DNA of 64,000 nt, taken from Verrucomicrobiota bacterium (lineage in GTDB: Bacteria > Verrucomicrobiota > Kiritimatiellia > JAHIZV01). Position 1 is the first letter of the stretch. Each line of letters begins with the position of its first letter. The stretch is from assembly GCA_018814445.1 (NCBI GenBank), contig JAHIZV010000139.1:4342-68341 (forward strand), given 5' to 3'. The notes beneath the pieces were generated by a model that had not been told where the DNA came from, did no database searches, and saw only the letters and a program-made list of their open reading frames with translations. A program made the translations under genes and the position numbers. Positions 50,793 to 61,410 of this stretch are shown one piece after another.

Positions 50793-51905
50793 TTACTCAT
50801 TCTCGACGTCTGACGAAGATCTGAGCCAGCCTTTTCTCTTGAAGAACCAGAGCATTCCGCCCGCAACCAATATCATCACGACCCAAATCAACGGGTAGCC
50901 CCATTTCCAGGTCAGCTCAGGCATGTTGAAACGGGAGGCCTCGTTGCTGAAGTTCATGCCGTAGATACCGGCGATGAAGGTCAAGGGAATGAAGACGGAA
51001 GCCATGATCGTCAGTACCTTCATAACTTCATTCATGCGGTTGCTTACCTGTGACAGATAGAAATCCATCAGACTCGAGCACATCTCCCGCAGACCTTCGT
51101 TCATTTCAATGATGCGAAGGGAGTGGTCATAGGCGTCACGCAGATAGAGAAGCGTCTCCTTCTCGAAATGGCGCGACTGGTCCCGCGTCAGCGTGTTGAG
51201 CATATCACGCACACCCCACATCACCCGGCGGATGGAAACAAGACACCTCTTCATGCGATAGATTCGTTTGACGCTTCCGCTGTTCGTCGATTGCATGATA
51301 GCAGCCTCGATGTCTTCGACGTCCTCATCATTCTTCTCAAGAAGGGGGAAATAGGAATCGATAATGACGTCTATCATCGTATAGGCCAGGTAACCCGAAG
51401 ATGATTTTCTCACGCGGCCTTTATCCTGCACGATTCGATCCAGTATGGTCTCCAGCCGGTGTATGGAGGTTGACTGAAACGTCACGACGTAGCCCTTGCC
51501 CAGGTAAATGCAGATCTGCTCAAAGTCGAGCCCGTTCTCGAACACCGGATACTGCATGACGATAAAGAGGTAGTCGTCATACTCTTCGACCTTCGGGCGC
51601 TGGTTGAGACTGACGACATCCTCCAGCGACAGCCTGTGGAAGCCGAACAGGTCGCCCAGCTTCGTCAGGAGCCCCTCGTCTCCAAGTCCGTTAACGTCGA
51701 CCCACACAACACTGGACTTCCCAAGAAAGGGCTTGATTTCATCAGGATCGGCAACTCGCTTTTGAACCACCTCTGCCGCGCTGTACGCTATGACGTCAAT
51801 GGTCGGAAGAGGTGAGTCTTCAGGGATATTGAGATGCCCGGGGGGCAGTCCGATGTCGCGCGTGTACGAAGCCTTCATCCTCCACGTCTCCTCAGTAATC
51901 GTCAA
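50793..51905 (-). CDS. corA: Magnesium/cobalt transporter CorA
   Basis: YGMNF...MPEL signature and two C-terminal TM helices. Confidence 0.85.
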   Translation of the reverse strand: MTITEETWRMKASYTRDIGLPPGHLNIPEDSPLPTIDVIAYSAAEVVQKRVADPDEIKPFLGKSSVVWVDVNGLGDEGLLTKLGDLFGFHRLSLEDVVSLNQRPKVEEYDDYLFIVMQYPVFENGLDFEQICIYLGKGYVVTFQSTSIHRLETILDRIVQDKGRVRKSSSGYLAYTMIDVIIDSYFPLLEKNDEDVEDIEAAIMQSTNSGSVKRIYRMKRCLVSIRRVMWGVRDMLNTLTRDQSRHFEKETLLYLRDAYDHSLRIIEMNEGLREMCSSLMDFYLSQVSNRMNEVMKVLTIMASVFIPLTFIAGIYGMNFSNEASRFNMPELTWKWGYPLIWVVMILVAGGMLWFFKRKGWLRSSSDVENE

Positions 51906-52018
51906 AACGAACCTGACTCATTTGTCATTTGCACAGTAGCACAGAATCCCGCGGATGACACCCCGCAATCGTCCAGGACAACCATCCCGGCAATAGCTTT
52001 CCGCGCCGGTCACACGGG

Positions 52019-54787
52019 GTGGACAAAGAGATTCTGTTCTGGGATACTTCTCCGATGGTATCGGGGGGTTCGATGTCAACTGGACAAGTGCGGGTACTGG
52101 CGATAGACGACATTCAGGATAGCCTGGATCTAATCGGACATGTGCTGCGCGCCCATTTTCCCGGAGCTGAACTCGTTACCGCCCTGAACGGCACGGAGGG
52201 AATTCAGAAGGCCAGGACCTCTCAACCGAGCATCATCCTTCTCGATGTGCTCATGCCCGAAATGGATGGCTTCGAGGCTTGTCGACGGCTCAAATCCGAC
52301 CCGGCGACGGCGCATATCCCGGTCCTCATGATTTCGGGTATCCGGGTCGCGGATATCGACCGTACAATCGGCGTCCAGTCCGGGGCCGACGGATATCTCT
52401 GTAAACCCTACGAACCGAACGAGCTCATCTCGCAAATCCATTCACTCCTGCGCATAAGCGCGAACGAGCAACACCTTCGCGAACAGCGGGAAGAACTTCG
52501 GGCCGAACTGTCGGAAACGCTCCGGCATCTTGAGGATCAGCGAAACTATCTCAAATCACTTTTCGACGAGTCTCCGGACGCCATTTTCGTGGAAGATGTG
52601 CAGGGAAACGTGCTCGACGTCAATAGACGGGCATGTGAACTACATGATCTCTCCCGCGAGGAGCTCATCGGAAAGAATGTCCTCGATCTCGTTCCCCCTG
52701 AAGAACGTGAACGAGTCGCGGGGGATTTTCCAAAGTGGTCGGCGGGCTCAATCCATCACTATTCCGGCTTCAGCTACAAGGCCGACGGGACGGCGATTCC
52801 CGTGGAAATCCGGCGCAGTTCGATCATCCACAAAGGACAGGAAGCGCATCTTCTTCACGTCAGGGACGTAAGCGAGCGCGTTGAGGCGGAGAAGAAGATT
52901 CAATTCACGGAATTCTCACTCGCCCATGCATCGCTCGCAGCCTTCTGGGTGGCGGAAGACGCGAGTTTTGCCTATGCGAATGAAGCCGCAGCCCGCAGTC
53001 TCGGATACACGAAGGAAGAGCTTCTCAGTATGGGCGTTCCGGATATCGACCCGCTTTATACGGCGGAAGCGTGGCCCGAGCATTGGAAGGTCTTTTCCCG
53101 CGAGAAAGTACTTACGTTTGAATCACTGCACAGGCGAAAAGACGGCACCACTTTCCCGGTTGAAATCACGACCAACTATGTCGAGGTGGACGGGAAGCCT
53201 TTCATGTTTTCCTTCGCCCAGAATATCGCGGAACGGAAGCAGGCCGAAGAATCCCTTAGACAAAGCGAGGCCCGGTTCAGAGAACTCGTAGCACTTCTGC
53301 CTGAGCTCATCTTTGAAATCAGCCCCGATGGGCATGTGTTGTTTGCCAACAGAACCGGCCTCGAAATGTTCGGGTACACAGAAGAAGAGCTGGCCGCCGG
53401 CCTGAACGCTTTCAATATGTTCGCGCGACGGGACGTTCCTCGTGTGGTGTCAAACATGTCGAAAGTTGTTCGTGGCGAGAACATCGGACACACCGAGTAC
53501 ATGGCTAAACGTAAGAACGGAACTTTCTTTCCGGTGTCCGCCTATGTCGCCCCTATCATTAAGGAGGGCACGATTGTGGGTCTCCGGGGTATCGGCGTCG
53601 ACGTAACAGACCGCAAACGCGCGGAAGAAATCGAAGCCAGGATGATGCAGGCGGATAAACTCGAGAGCATCGGCGTGCTCGCCGGGGGCATCGCGCACGA
53701 TTTCAATAACATTCTGATGTCGATCATTGGCTACTGTGATCTCGCTCTTCAGGACTCGAAAGAAGGAAACGATGTACGCGGTCATCTGGAGGAGATCATG
53801 TCCGCCGGGAAGCGGGCGCGGACACTGATAAAACAAATCCAGACATTCTCGCGCGAATCCGACTCCGAGAAGAAGCCGGTCGACATTCGGTCAGTCGTTC
53901 AGGAAGCGCTTCACTTCTTGCGGGTCTCGATTCCCGTAATGATCAGGATCGACACGGATTTGCATGAAGATTGCGGCACGATAGCGGCTGATCCGACACA
54001 GGTTCACCAGGTGGTCATGAACATATGCACGAATGCTTACCAGGCCATGGAATCAACCGGCGGGGTGCTGCGCATCGCGGTTGAGCCGATTGAGGTGACG
54101 CCCGACCTGGCAGCCAGGAATCCTGATCTGCACCCGGGCCCCTATGTCCGCCTCATCATCGAAGACAACGGCCCCGGAATTGACCCCTATCACCTGCCCC
54201 GCATCTTCGATCCGTTTTTTACAACTAAAGATCCAACCAAAGGAACGGGGTTGGGGCTTTCCGTGGTCCACGGAATCATTTCAGGTCACCATGGCGCCGT
54301 AACCGTCGAGTCCGAACCCGGCAAGGGCACGAGATTTGAAATCTATCTTCCAAGAGCCAAGACGCCTGCGGCGGATGCGACAGCCTCCACGCAGGAGTTA
54401 CAGCCGCAGAAAGGCACGGAAAGGATTCTTTGTGTGGATGATGAAGAGAGAATCGCGCAGCTTTCCAAAAGACTCCTGGAAACACTCGGATACACGGCGG
54501 ATAGCTTCTCGAGCAGCGCCGAAGCCCTCGCGGCCTTCCGTGAGAATCCTGATATGTACGATCTGGTTCTCACGGACCTTGCGATGCCGGAGCTTACGGG
54601 AACCGAACTGGCTTCAACCATTCTGCAGATACGGCCGGACATTCCGATTGTCCTGTGTACGGGCTATAACCAGACAGTGACGCAGGAAGAAGTGGTGCGA
54701 ACAGGCATATCCAAGCTGGTCCACAAGCCTTTCACCCGCGATCAGATTGCCAGAGACTTGCGGGAGCTGCTGGACAGGAAAGGGTAA
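52019..54787 (+). CDS. Hybrid sensor histidine kinase/response regulator (REC-PAS x3/4-HisKA-HATPase-REC)
   Basis: N-terminal REC (DVLMPEMDG), PAS repeats, H-box GIAHDFNN, HATPase and C-terminal REC. Confidence 0.85.
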   Translation: MDKEILFWDTSPMVSGGSMSTGQVRVLAIDDIQDSLDLIGHVLRAHFPGAELVTALNGTEGIQKARTSQPSIILLDVLMPEMDGFEACRRLKSDPATAHIPVLMISGIRVADIDRTIGVQSGADGYLCKPYEPNELISQIHSLLRISANEQHLREQREELRAELSETLRHLEDQRNYLKSLFDESPDAIFVEDVQGNVLDVNRRACELHDLSREELIGKNVLDLVPPEERERVAGDFPKWSAGSIHHYSGFSYKADGTAIPVEIRRSSIIHKGQEAHLLHVRDVSERVEAEKKIQFTEFSLAHASLAAFWVAEDASFAYANEAAARSLGYTKEELLSMGVPDIDPLYTAEAWPEHWKVFSREKVLTFESLHRRKDGTTFPVEITTNYVEVDGKPFMFSFAQNIAERKQAEESLRQSEARFRELVALLPELIFEISPDGHVLFANRTGLEMFGYTEEELAAGLNAFNMFARRDVPRVVSNMSKVVRGENIGHTEYMAKRKNGTFFPVSAYVAPIIKEGTIVGLRGIGVDVTDRKRAEEIEARMMQADKLESIGVLAGGIAHDFNNILMSIIGYCDLALQDSKEGNDVRGHLEEIMSAGKRARTLIKQIQTFSRESDSEKKPVDIRSVVQEALHFLRVSIPVMIRIDTDLHEDCGTIAADPTQVHQVVMNICTNAYQAMESTGGVLRIAVEPIEVTPDLAARNPDLHPGPYVRLIIEDNGPGIDPYHLPRIFDPFFTTKDPTKGTGLGLSVVHGIISGHHGAVTVESEPGKGTRFEIYLPRAKTPAADATASTQELQPQKGTERILCVDDEERIAQLSKRLLETLGYTADSFSSSAEALAAFRENPDMYDLVLTDLAMPELTGTELASTILQIRPDIPIVLCTGYNQTVTQEEVVRTGISKLVHKPFTRDQIARDLRELLDRKG

Positions 54788-54904
54788 TCGGCGGGGCGGA
54801 CACGGCGTTTTGAGGCCATTCCAGGACAGTCTTCAGTTCTGACAGCGACTGCTTGACACTTCCGCGCATATACATATATTGGCCCTTCACTTCGCGGGAA
54901 GGCC

Positions 54905-54980
54905 GGGGGGTTAGCTCAGTTGGGAGAGCGCCTGAATGGCATTCAGGAGGTCGTGGGTTCGACCCCCATACCCTCCACCA
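54905..54980 (+). tRNA. tRNA-Ala (GGC)
   Basis: Acceptor GGGGGGU with the G3:U70 alanine identity pair; anticodon loop AUGGCAU; CCA encoded. Confidence 0.85.
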
Positions 54981-55099
54981 GCCTTCGCGAGTTCATGATC
55001 GCCGCTTGACTCCCCCCGTTCCGGCCCCACAATACCCATGTCGATGAACTTAACGTCCAGGCGGGAAAGTCATATTCTTAACGTCGGAGGGAGAAGAGA

Positions 55100-55693
55100 A
55101 TGAAAGCACAGCATATAGTCGTCCTCAGCATTGTTTTCGGCCTGTTCTGCGGTTTCACGTCGGCCTTCGGGCAGGATGCAGAAACGGAGACTCCGGCTGT
55201 ACCGCGGATCCTCGTGATTCTTCCCGAGCAGGTTGATGTGGAATGGTTCTGGTATCACTACACGGCCCAGTCCCAGCATATTGTCCAGACCGCCATCGAG
55301 CAGGAGCTGGTTCGTGCCGGTTTTGACCTGGTCGACGTTTCCGCCGCGGAAGGCGCAAAGGCATATGGTTCGATTGACGCACTCCTGAACAAAGACAACG
55401 CAATCAAACTCGCTAAAGAACTCGGAGCTCAGTACGTCATCATCGGCCAGGCAAGTGCTGTCCGCGCCAGTCATGACGTGGCCTACGGCGTAAATGTATA
55501 CCGTTCAGAGGCTGTCGCCAGCGCGAAAATTATCCGCGTTGAAGACGGGAAGATACTCGACGTTGTGGAAATAGATGCCGATGCCGGCGGACAGTCCCAG
55601 CGGACAGCGGGAAGAGACGCGCTGAAGGATGCGGGAAAATCGCTCGCTAAAGAAGTGCGCAGGCAGACAAAAGGACTGTTGCCGCCCGAATAA
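55100..55693 (+). CDS. Hypothetical secreted protein (possibly LPP20/FlgO-like fold)
   Basis: Signal peptide; 197 aa; no firm motif. Confidence 0.4.
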   Translation: MKAQHIVVLSIVFGLFCGFTSAFGQDAETETPAVPRILVILPEQVDVEWFWYHYTAQSQHIVQTAIEQELVRAGFDLVDVSAAEGAKAYGSIDALLNKDNAIKLAKELGAQYVIIGQASAVRASHDVAYGVNVYRSEAVASAKIIRVEDGKILDVVEIDADAGGQSQRTAGRDALKDAGKSLAKEVRRQTKGLLPPE

Positions 55694-55736
55694 GCCAACT
55701 CATTTCCGAGTTTCGAATGCTGATTTTCGATGGGGG

Positions 55737-56297
55737 ATGTTTGTGTCCGGGAACCACAGACCGAAATTCAGGAATCGAAATTCGAAAATCGTTTTCTCCT
55801 GGCCCGATCCCCCTCTGAACGTTGTCCTTGTCGAACCTGAGATCCCCCCCAACACGGGCAACATCGCGCGGCTGTGCGCGGCGACGGGCTCGACACTTCA
55901 CCTCGTAGGACCTCTTGGTTTCCGCCTGACCGATCGCGCGCTCAAACGGGCCGGTCTGGATTACTGGAAGTCTGTCACCATCGTCCGTCACAAGGATCTG
56001 CAGGAGTTCCTGCCCGCGATCACCGGCCGGCGGTTTCATCTCCTCAGCACGTCAGGGGAGACCTGCTACACAGAAGCATCATTCGCCCCAGGGGACTTTC
56101 TCATCTTCGGAAGTGAGACAAGGGGTCTGCCCGGAGACTTTCTGGAAGCATATAGAGAACGCGTTCTCGGCGTCCCCATGATCACCAGTAGTGTCCGGTC
56201 CCTGAACTTGGCAACAACTGCCGGGATCGTGCTGTACGAAGCTCTTCGGCAAGCGGGAAGGCCCGCCTCTCCTCCGATGGTTGATGGCGCGTCCTGA
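55737..56297 (+). CDS. trmL: tRNA (cytidine/uridine-2'-O)-methyltransferase TrmL (SpoU/TrmH family)
   Basis: EPEIPPNTGNIARLCAATGSTLHLVGPLGF SPOUT motifs; the ATG lies inside an inverted heptamer-repeat structure, so the start is uncertain. Confidence 0.75.
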   Translation: MFVSGNHRPKFRNRNSKIVFSWPDPPLNVVLVEPEIPPNTGNIARLCAATGSTLHLVGPLGFRLTDRALKRAGLDYWKSVTIVRHKDLQEFLPAITGRRFHLLSTSGETCYTEASFAPGDFLIFGSETRGLPGDFLEAYRERVLGVPMITSSVRSLNLATTAGIVLYEALRQAGRPASPPMVDGAS

Positions 56298-56429
56298 ACC
56301 CGGGTTTGGGATTTCAGTTTTTCTTTCTCACTTTCCCCTTTTTTGTTTGAACAAAACGCTCTCTTCTCAGTCAGTATTGAGAGACTCTAAACAGGCAGAT
56401 AGCTGTGGAAAGAAATACAGGAGTTCATC

Positions 56430-57419
56430 ATGGAAGCAGGCATAAGCGTCATAAATGAACGAGTGAAACAGGAGGGCGCATTCATCCAGGCCCTCAAGTA
56501 CGAAATCCGCAAGGTGATTGTGGGTCAGGAGTATCTGATCGACCGCCTCGTGATCGGCCTGCTCGCCAACGGGCATATCCTTCTCGAAGGCGTTCCGGGC
56601 TTGGCGAAAACACTGGCCGTGAAAACACTGGCCGCCGCCATCGACACCTCCTTCCAGAGAATCCAGTTCACACCCGACCTTCTGCCCGCCGATCTTATCG
56701 GGACGCTTGTCTACAACCCGAAAGACGGAAATTTCACCACGAAGAAGGGGCCTGTATTCGCCAACGTGATTCTGGCCGATGAAATAAATCGCGCGCCTGC
56801 CAAAGTTCAGAGCGCACTGCTCGAAGCCATGCAGGAACGCCAGGTGACGATCGGAAGTCAGACCTTTCCCCTCCCTACCCCGTTCCTCGTAATGGCAACG
56901 GAGAACCCCATCGAGCAGGAAGGAACCTATCCCCTCCCCGAGGCACAGGTCGACCGGTTCATGCTGAAGCTCAGGATCACGTATCCCAGTATCGAAGAGG
57001 AACGGCAGATTCTCGACGCGATGGCCGTGACGCAGACGAATATAGAAGTGTCGCCCGCGGTGAAGCCGGAGGCCATCCTGAGCGCGCGCAAGGTAGTCGA
57101 TGAAGTGTACGTGGACGACAAAATCAAGGACTACATTCTGAGTATTGTTTTTGCCACGCGGGAACCGAAGAAGTACTCGCTCGACATCGAGGATTACATC
57201 CGGTACGGCGCGTCTCCGCGGGCCACCATCTACCTGACCGTTGCAGCCAAGGCCCACGCTTTTCTGCACGGCCGCGGATATGTGACCCCGCAGGATGTGA
57301 AGTCTATCGCCCCCGACATCCTCCGCCACCGATTGATTGTCACGTACGAGGCGGAGGCCGAAGAGCTCACGTCTGACGACCTGGTGACAAGGCTGTTGAA
57401 CGAACTGCCGGTTCCTTAG
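56430..57419 (+). CDS. MoxR-family AAA+ ATPase
   Basis: Walker A GVPGLAKT; typical MoxR length and sequence. Confidence 0.85.
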   Translation: MEAGISVINERVKQEGAFIQALKYEIRKVIVGQEYLIDRLVIGLLANGHILLEGVPGLAKTLAVKTLAAAIDTSFQRIQFTPDLLPADLIGTLVYNPKDGNFTTKKGPVFANVILADEINRAPAKVQSALLEAMQERQVTIGSQTFPLPTPFLVMATENPIEQEGTYPLPEAQVDRFMLKLRITYPSIEEERQILDAMAVTQTNIEVSPAVKPEAILSARKVVDEVYVDDKIKDYILSIVFATREPKKYSLDIEDYIRYGASPRATIYLTVAAKAHAFLHGRGYVTPQDVKSIAPDILRHRLIVTYEAEAEELTSDDLVTRLLNELPVP

Positions 57420-57448
57420 AGGTTCAAGGTCCCATGTCCCGGATCCAA

Positions 57449-57489
57449 AGTCAGACACTCAGGTCTCAGGTCTCAGGTTTCAGGTTTCC
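57449..57489. repeat. CAGGTCT/CAGGTTT heptamer array ending 3 nt before the DUF58 start
   Basis: ctcaggtctcaggtctcaggtttcaggtttcc. Confidence 0.8.
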
Positions 57490-57492
57490 CAT

Positions 57493-58377
57493 ATGATTCC
57501 AAAGGAAATCATACGCAAGGTTCGGCACATCCAGATCCGGACACGTCACATGGTCAATGACGTGTTTGCGGGCCAGTATCACAGTGTGTTCAAGGGACAG
57601 GGCATCGAATTCGAAGAGGTGCGCGAGTACGTTCCGGGGGACGATATTCGTTCTATTGACTGGAACGTGACCGCCCGCATGGGGCATCCCTATATCAAGA
57701 AATTCGTCGAAGAACGTGAAATGACGGTCATGCTTCTTGTGGACATCAGTGCTTCAAATGTTTTCGGGAGCACTCAACAGCTTAAGAAGGACCTCGCGGC
57801 GGAAATTGCCGCTGTGCTGGCTTTCTCCGCCATCCGGAACAACGACCGCGTCGGATTGATTCTTTTCACCGACGAAGTGGAACGCTACGTTCCCCCGCAG
57901 AAGGGCGTCCGACACGTCCTGCGTGTCATTCGGGAAGTTCTTCACTTTGAACCCAGGCAGAAGAAAACGCGGGTCGTCCCGACGCTTGATTTTCTGAATC
58001 ACGTCGCCACGCGCAAAGCAGTCACGTTTCTCATCAGCGATTTTCTTTTCCCCGAAGACTATAAGCGGGCATTGACTGTAACCGCGAAACGCCACGACCT
58101 CGTCGGCGTCATTGTCAGGGATAAACGCGAACAGGCATGGCCGAAGGTCGGGCTTGTGGACTGGGAAGACGCGGAGTCGGGTCGGCGATATCTCGTGGAT
58201 TCAAGCGACGCGTCCGTAAGGCGCGCCCTGGCGAGAATGGAAGAGGCGAAAATGGAGAGGACGCGCGAGATTCTCCGGAGCTCAGGCTGCGACCGGATTG
58301 AAGTGTTCGCAGGCGAGTACTACGAAAAGGAATTCATCAAGTTCTTCCGCATGAGAGAGCGGAGGTTGAGGGTATGA
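57493..58377 (+). CDS. DUF58 (vWA-like) protein, MoxR partner
   Basis: Conserved DUF58 core; follows moxR. Confidence 0.8.
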   Translation: MIPKEIIRKVRHIQIRTRHMVNDVFAGQYHSVFKGQGIEFEEVREYVPGDDIRSIDWNVTARMGHPYIKKFVEEREMTVMLLVDISASNVFGSTQQLKKDLAAEIAAVLAFSAIRNNDRVGLILFTDEVERYVPPQKGVRHVLRVIREVLHFEPRQKKTRVVPTLDFLNHVATRKAVTFLISDFLFPEDYKRALTVTAKRHDLVGVIVRDKREQAWPKVGLVDWEDAESGRRYLVDSSDASVRRALARMEEAKMERTREILRSSGCDRIEVFAGEYYEKEFIKFFRMRERRLRV

Positions 58378-59408
58378 AGACGTGTGGAAGTGTGAAAGTG
58401 CGTGAGTATGGAAGTGGACCGACCCCCACACCCCCGTACTCCCACACCCCCATACTGCTTCTTTGCCTGACACTTCTTGTTTCCGCCTGCTCGCAAACCA
58501 ACGCTCCCTCAGGTGCGAGCCAACATGTGACCGCCTCCCTCAGCACGAATACCATTCACATCGGCGATGAAGTAATCGCCACACTGTCAGTGATTCATCC
58601 GGCAGGCACACACGTTCAACTGGATGAGCCCGGACGGGGTAAGGCCATCATCGTCCGCGACAGAAAATGGGATTCCTCCGAGCTGAATCCAACACAACTG
58701 ATTTCGCGCGCGACCTACACGCTCACCTCTCTGGAGATCGGCGATCACAGTGTGTCCACGGGCAGAGTCCAGATTGTGAGCGAAGAGGGGGATGCCGTTT
58801 CGGCGCCTTATCCCGATATTCAACTGCATGTCGTAAGTGCGCTGGAATCAGAAGACACCCAGCCGCACGACATCAAAGACCTGGCCGTCTGGCCCCGACG
58901 TTTTCCCCGCTGGATCGGCGTTCTCATCGGCATCGCACTGGCCGCCCTTGCGATTGCTTTGCTGGTTGGCCGCTTTCTCTCAAAACCCCGCACGATTATT
59001 CACGAACCTCCACCCATTCCGGCTCACGAGAAGGCGCTCCGCGCATTGATGCTTCTGAAGGAGAAGGGATGGATCGAGGCTTTGAACATAGAACCCTTCT
59101 ATGTTGCCCTCTCAGATGTCGTTCGCCATTACATCGAAGACCGGTTTCGTCTTCACGCACCCGAGCGGACGACGGAGGAGTTTATCCGCGAAGCGGCGGC
59201 CAACTCTGATCTCAATACAGATCACCGAATGCTGGTGTCCGACTTCCTGACCCAGTCCGACCTGGTTAAGTTCGCAAAGTACCAACCGGAACAGCGCGAC
59301 ATGCAATCAGCCTTCGACTCAGCAGAGCGCCTGATACACGAAACCACCTCTTCTGTACCCCCAGACTCCCACACTCCCACACACGGGGAAAGGGGGCGGC
59401 AAACATGA
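58374..59408 (+). CDS. Bat-operon membrane protein (DUF4381-like); N-terminal region encoded by octamer/heptamer repeats
   Basis: Lipobox-like LVSAC, central TM helix; position between DUF58 and BatA. Confidence 0.5.
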   Translation: MKTCGSVKVREYGSGPTPTPPYSHTPILLLCLTLLVSACSQTNAPSGASQHVTASLSTNTIHIGDEVIATLSVIHPAGTHVQLDEPGRGKAIIVRDRKWDSSELNPTQLISRATYTLTSLEIGDHSVSTGRVQIVSEEGDAVSAPYPDIQLHVVSALESEDTQPHDIKDLAVWPRRFPRWIGVLIGIALAALAIALLVGRFLSKPRTIIHEPPPIPAHEKALRALMLLKEKGWIEALNIEPFYVALSDVVRHYIEDRFRLHAPERTTEEFIREAAANSDLNTDHRMLVSDFLTQSDLVKFAKYQPEQRDMQSAFDSAERLIHETTSSVPPDSHTPTHGERGRQT

Positions 59409-60400
59409 CCTTCCGCTACCCATGGCTGTTGCTCCTGGTCCTGCTCGTGCCTCTGCTGACGTATGTCCGGTACGGGCGGCGACGGACTCCGTCCCTCCGG
59501 TTCAGCGACGGCACGACACTCGGAAAGCTCCCTCTCTCGTGGGCCGTGCTGGGACACAATCTGCTCCCCGCCCTGTATACAATAGGCCTGCTGTGCCTGG
59601 TAGTCGCGCTCGCGCGCCCTCAGAAAGGACTCGAGGAAAGCCGGGTTCGCACCGAGGGCGTCGACATCGTTCTCCTCGTTGACGTTTCGACATCAATGAA
59701 TGCCGAAGATTTCTCGTCATTGACGAAACACATAAATCGGCTGGATGCCGCAAAGCTGGTCATAGAGAAGTTCGTAAGAAAACGCGATAACGACCGTATT
59801 GCCATGGTCGCCTTTGCCGCCCTGCCCTACACGATCGTGCCTCTCACGCTGGACCACGGATGGCTCATCGGTCAGATGGACAGGCTGCAGACCGGTATGC
59901 TTGAAGACGGTACAGCGATTGGCTCCGCTCTTGGTTCAGCCATCAACAGACTCAGGGAAAGTGAAGCAAAGAGCAAAGTGGTGATACTCCTGACTGACGG
60001 GGTGAACAACGCAGGCACTCTATCGCCCGAGAATGCGGCCGAAGCGGCACGAGCGCTGGGGATTAAGGTCTATACGGTCGGCGCCGGTTCCAGCGGCTAT
60101 GTGCGAGTTCCGGTCACTGACGCCTTCGGCGGACAGCGCTACATCCGCCAACTTTCGGAAATCGATGAGCGGACACTCCAGCATATAGCCCGGACGACCG
60201 ATGCAAGGTACTTCCGTGCAGAGGATCTGAAAGCCCTTTCAGACGTGTACGACGAGATCGACAAACTTGAGCGAACGGAGATCGATGTCGAACAGTTCAC
60301 CACGTTCGAGGAGAAGTTCATGGGATTTGTCTGGGCGGCGGTTATTCTGCTTCTTCTCGATAAACTGATGTCGTTCGGAAGATTAGGGAGGCTTCCATAA
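59405..60400 (+). CDS. batA: BatA-like vWA domain membrane protein
   Basis: Two N-terminal TM helices, vWA MIDAS DVSTSM...TDG. Confidence 0.75.
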   Translation: MTFRYPWLLLLVLLVPLLTYVRYGRRRTPSLRFSDGTTLGKLPLSWAVLGHNLLPALYTIGLLCLVVALARPQKGLEESRVRTEGVDIVLLVDVSTSMNAEDFSSLTKHINRLDAAKLVIEKFVRKRDNDRIAMVAFAALPYTIVPLTLDHGWLIGQMDRLQTGMLEDGTAIGSALGSAINRLRESEAKSKVVILLTDGVNNAGTLSPENAAEAARALGIKVYTVGAGSSGYVRVPVTDAFGGQRYIRQLSEIDERTLQHIARTTDARYFRAEDLKALSDVYDEIDKLERTEIDVEQFTTFEEKFMGFVWAAVILLLLDKLMSFGRLGRLP

Positions 60401-61410
60401 TGAAATGGGCTGATCCGGATGCGTTGCAGGGATTGTGGAAGCTGATCCTTCTTGCCGTTGTTCTCTATGTCGGCGTGCGGCATCGACGGCGGAGGCTGGC
60501 AAAGATGGCGGATCCCCGGGCTCTTGCTGCACTTGCCGGAAACCTGCATCCTACCCGTTATCAGCATCGTCAGATGCTCTGGTTCATTGCGGTCGCTCTG
60601 CTCTTCCTCTCCGTCGCGCGGCCACAGTGGGGTTTCAAGTGGCAGGAAGTCAAACGCCGCGGGCTGGATATGATCGTCGTCCTTGACACCTCAAACAGTA
60701 TGCTGGCAACCGACGTGAAACCCAATCGCCTCCAGCGCGCGAAATGGGGCATCAAAGACGTCATACAGAATCTCAAAGGAGACAGAGTCGGGCTCGTTAC
60801 TTTTGCCGGAAGTGCTTTCCTCCAATGCCCGCTCACTATCGACTACGGCGCTTTTCTAATGAACCTGGAAGACGTCTATGCGGGCATTATTCCTCGCGGC
60901 GGAACGGCGATTTCTCAAGCACTGCAGAAGGCCATCGAGAGCTTTGACGACAAGACAGGGGCTGACCGCGTTATCGTGCTGATTACGGACGGCGAAGACC
61001 ACGAGGGAGATCCCAGATCACTCCTTCCCCTCCTCAAGGAGGAGAAGATCAAAGTCTACTCAGTCGGTGTCGGCAGTCTTGAAGGTGATTTGATTCCTCA
61101 GCAGGACGACGGCGGCAGAATGGGGTTCCTCAAGAATAAGAACGGAGAAGTCGTCAAATCGGCCCTCCAGGAGAGCGCGCTGCAGGATCTGGCGCTGGCG
61201 ACGGGAGGCAGCTATGTCCGTTCCGCGCCGGGCGATTTCGGACTCGATCGACTTGTCGAACAGGGCATGGCGAATCTTCAGCGGGACGAACGGGAGTCGC
61301 GCATGGTCAAACAGTATGAAGACCGATTCACGTGGTTCATCGCCGCGGCCATGATTCTCCTCGCCGTCGAAGCCGTCTGGACTGAACGAGTAAAGGGAGT
61401 GCGCGCGTGA
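60400..61410 (+). CDS. batB: BatB-like vWA domain membrane protein
   Basis: vWA MIDAS DTSNSM...TDGED, C-terminal TM helix. Confidence 0.75.
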   Translation: MKWADPDALQGLWKLILLAVVLYVGVRHRRRRLAKMADPRALAALAGNLHPTRYQHRQMLWFIAVALLFLSVARPQWGFKWQEVKRRGLDMIVVLDTSNSMLATDVKPNRLQRAKWGIKDVIQNLKGDRVGLVTFAGSAFLQCPLTIDYGAFLMNLEDVYAGIIPRGGTAISQALQKAIESFDDKTGADRVIVLITDGEDHEGDPRSLLPLLKEEKIKVYSVGVGSLEGDLIPQQDDGGRMGFLKNKNGEVVKSALQESALQDLALATGGSYVRSAPGDFGLDRLVEQGMANLQRDERESRMVKQYEDRFTWFIAAAMILLAVEAVWTERVKGVRA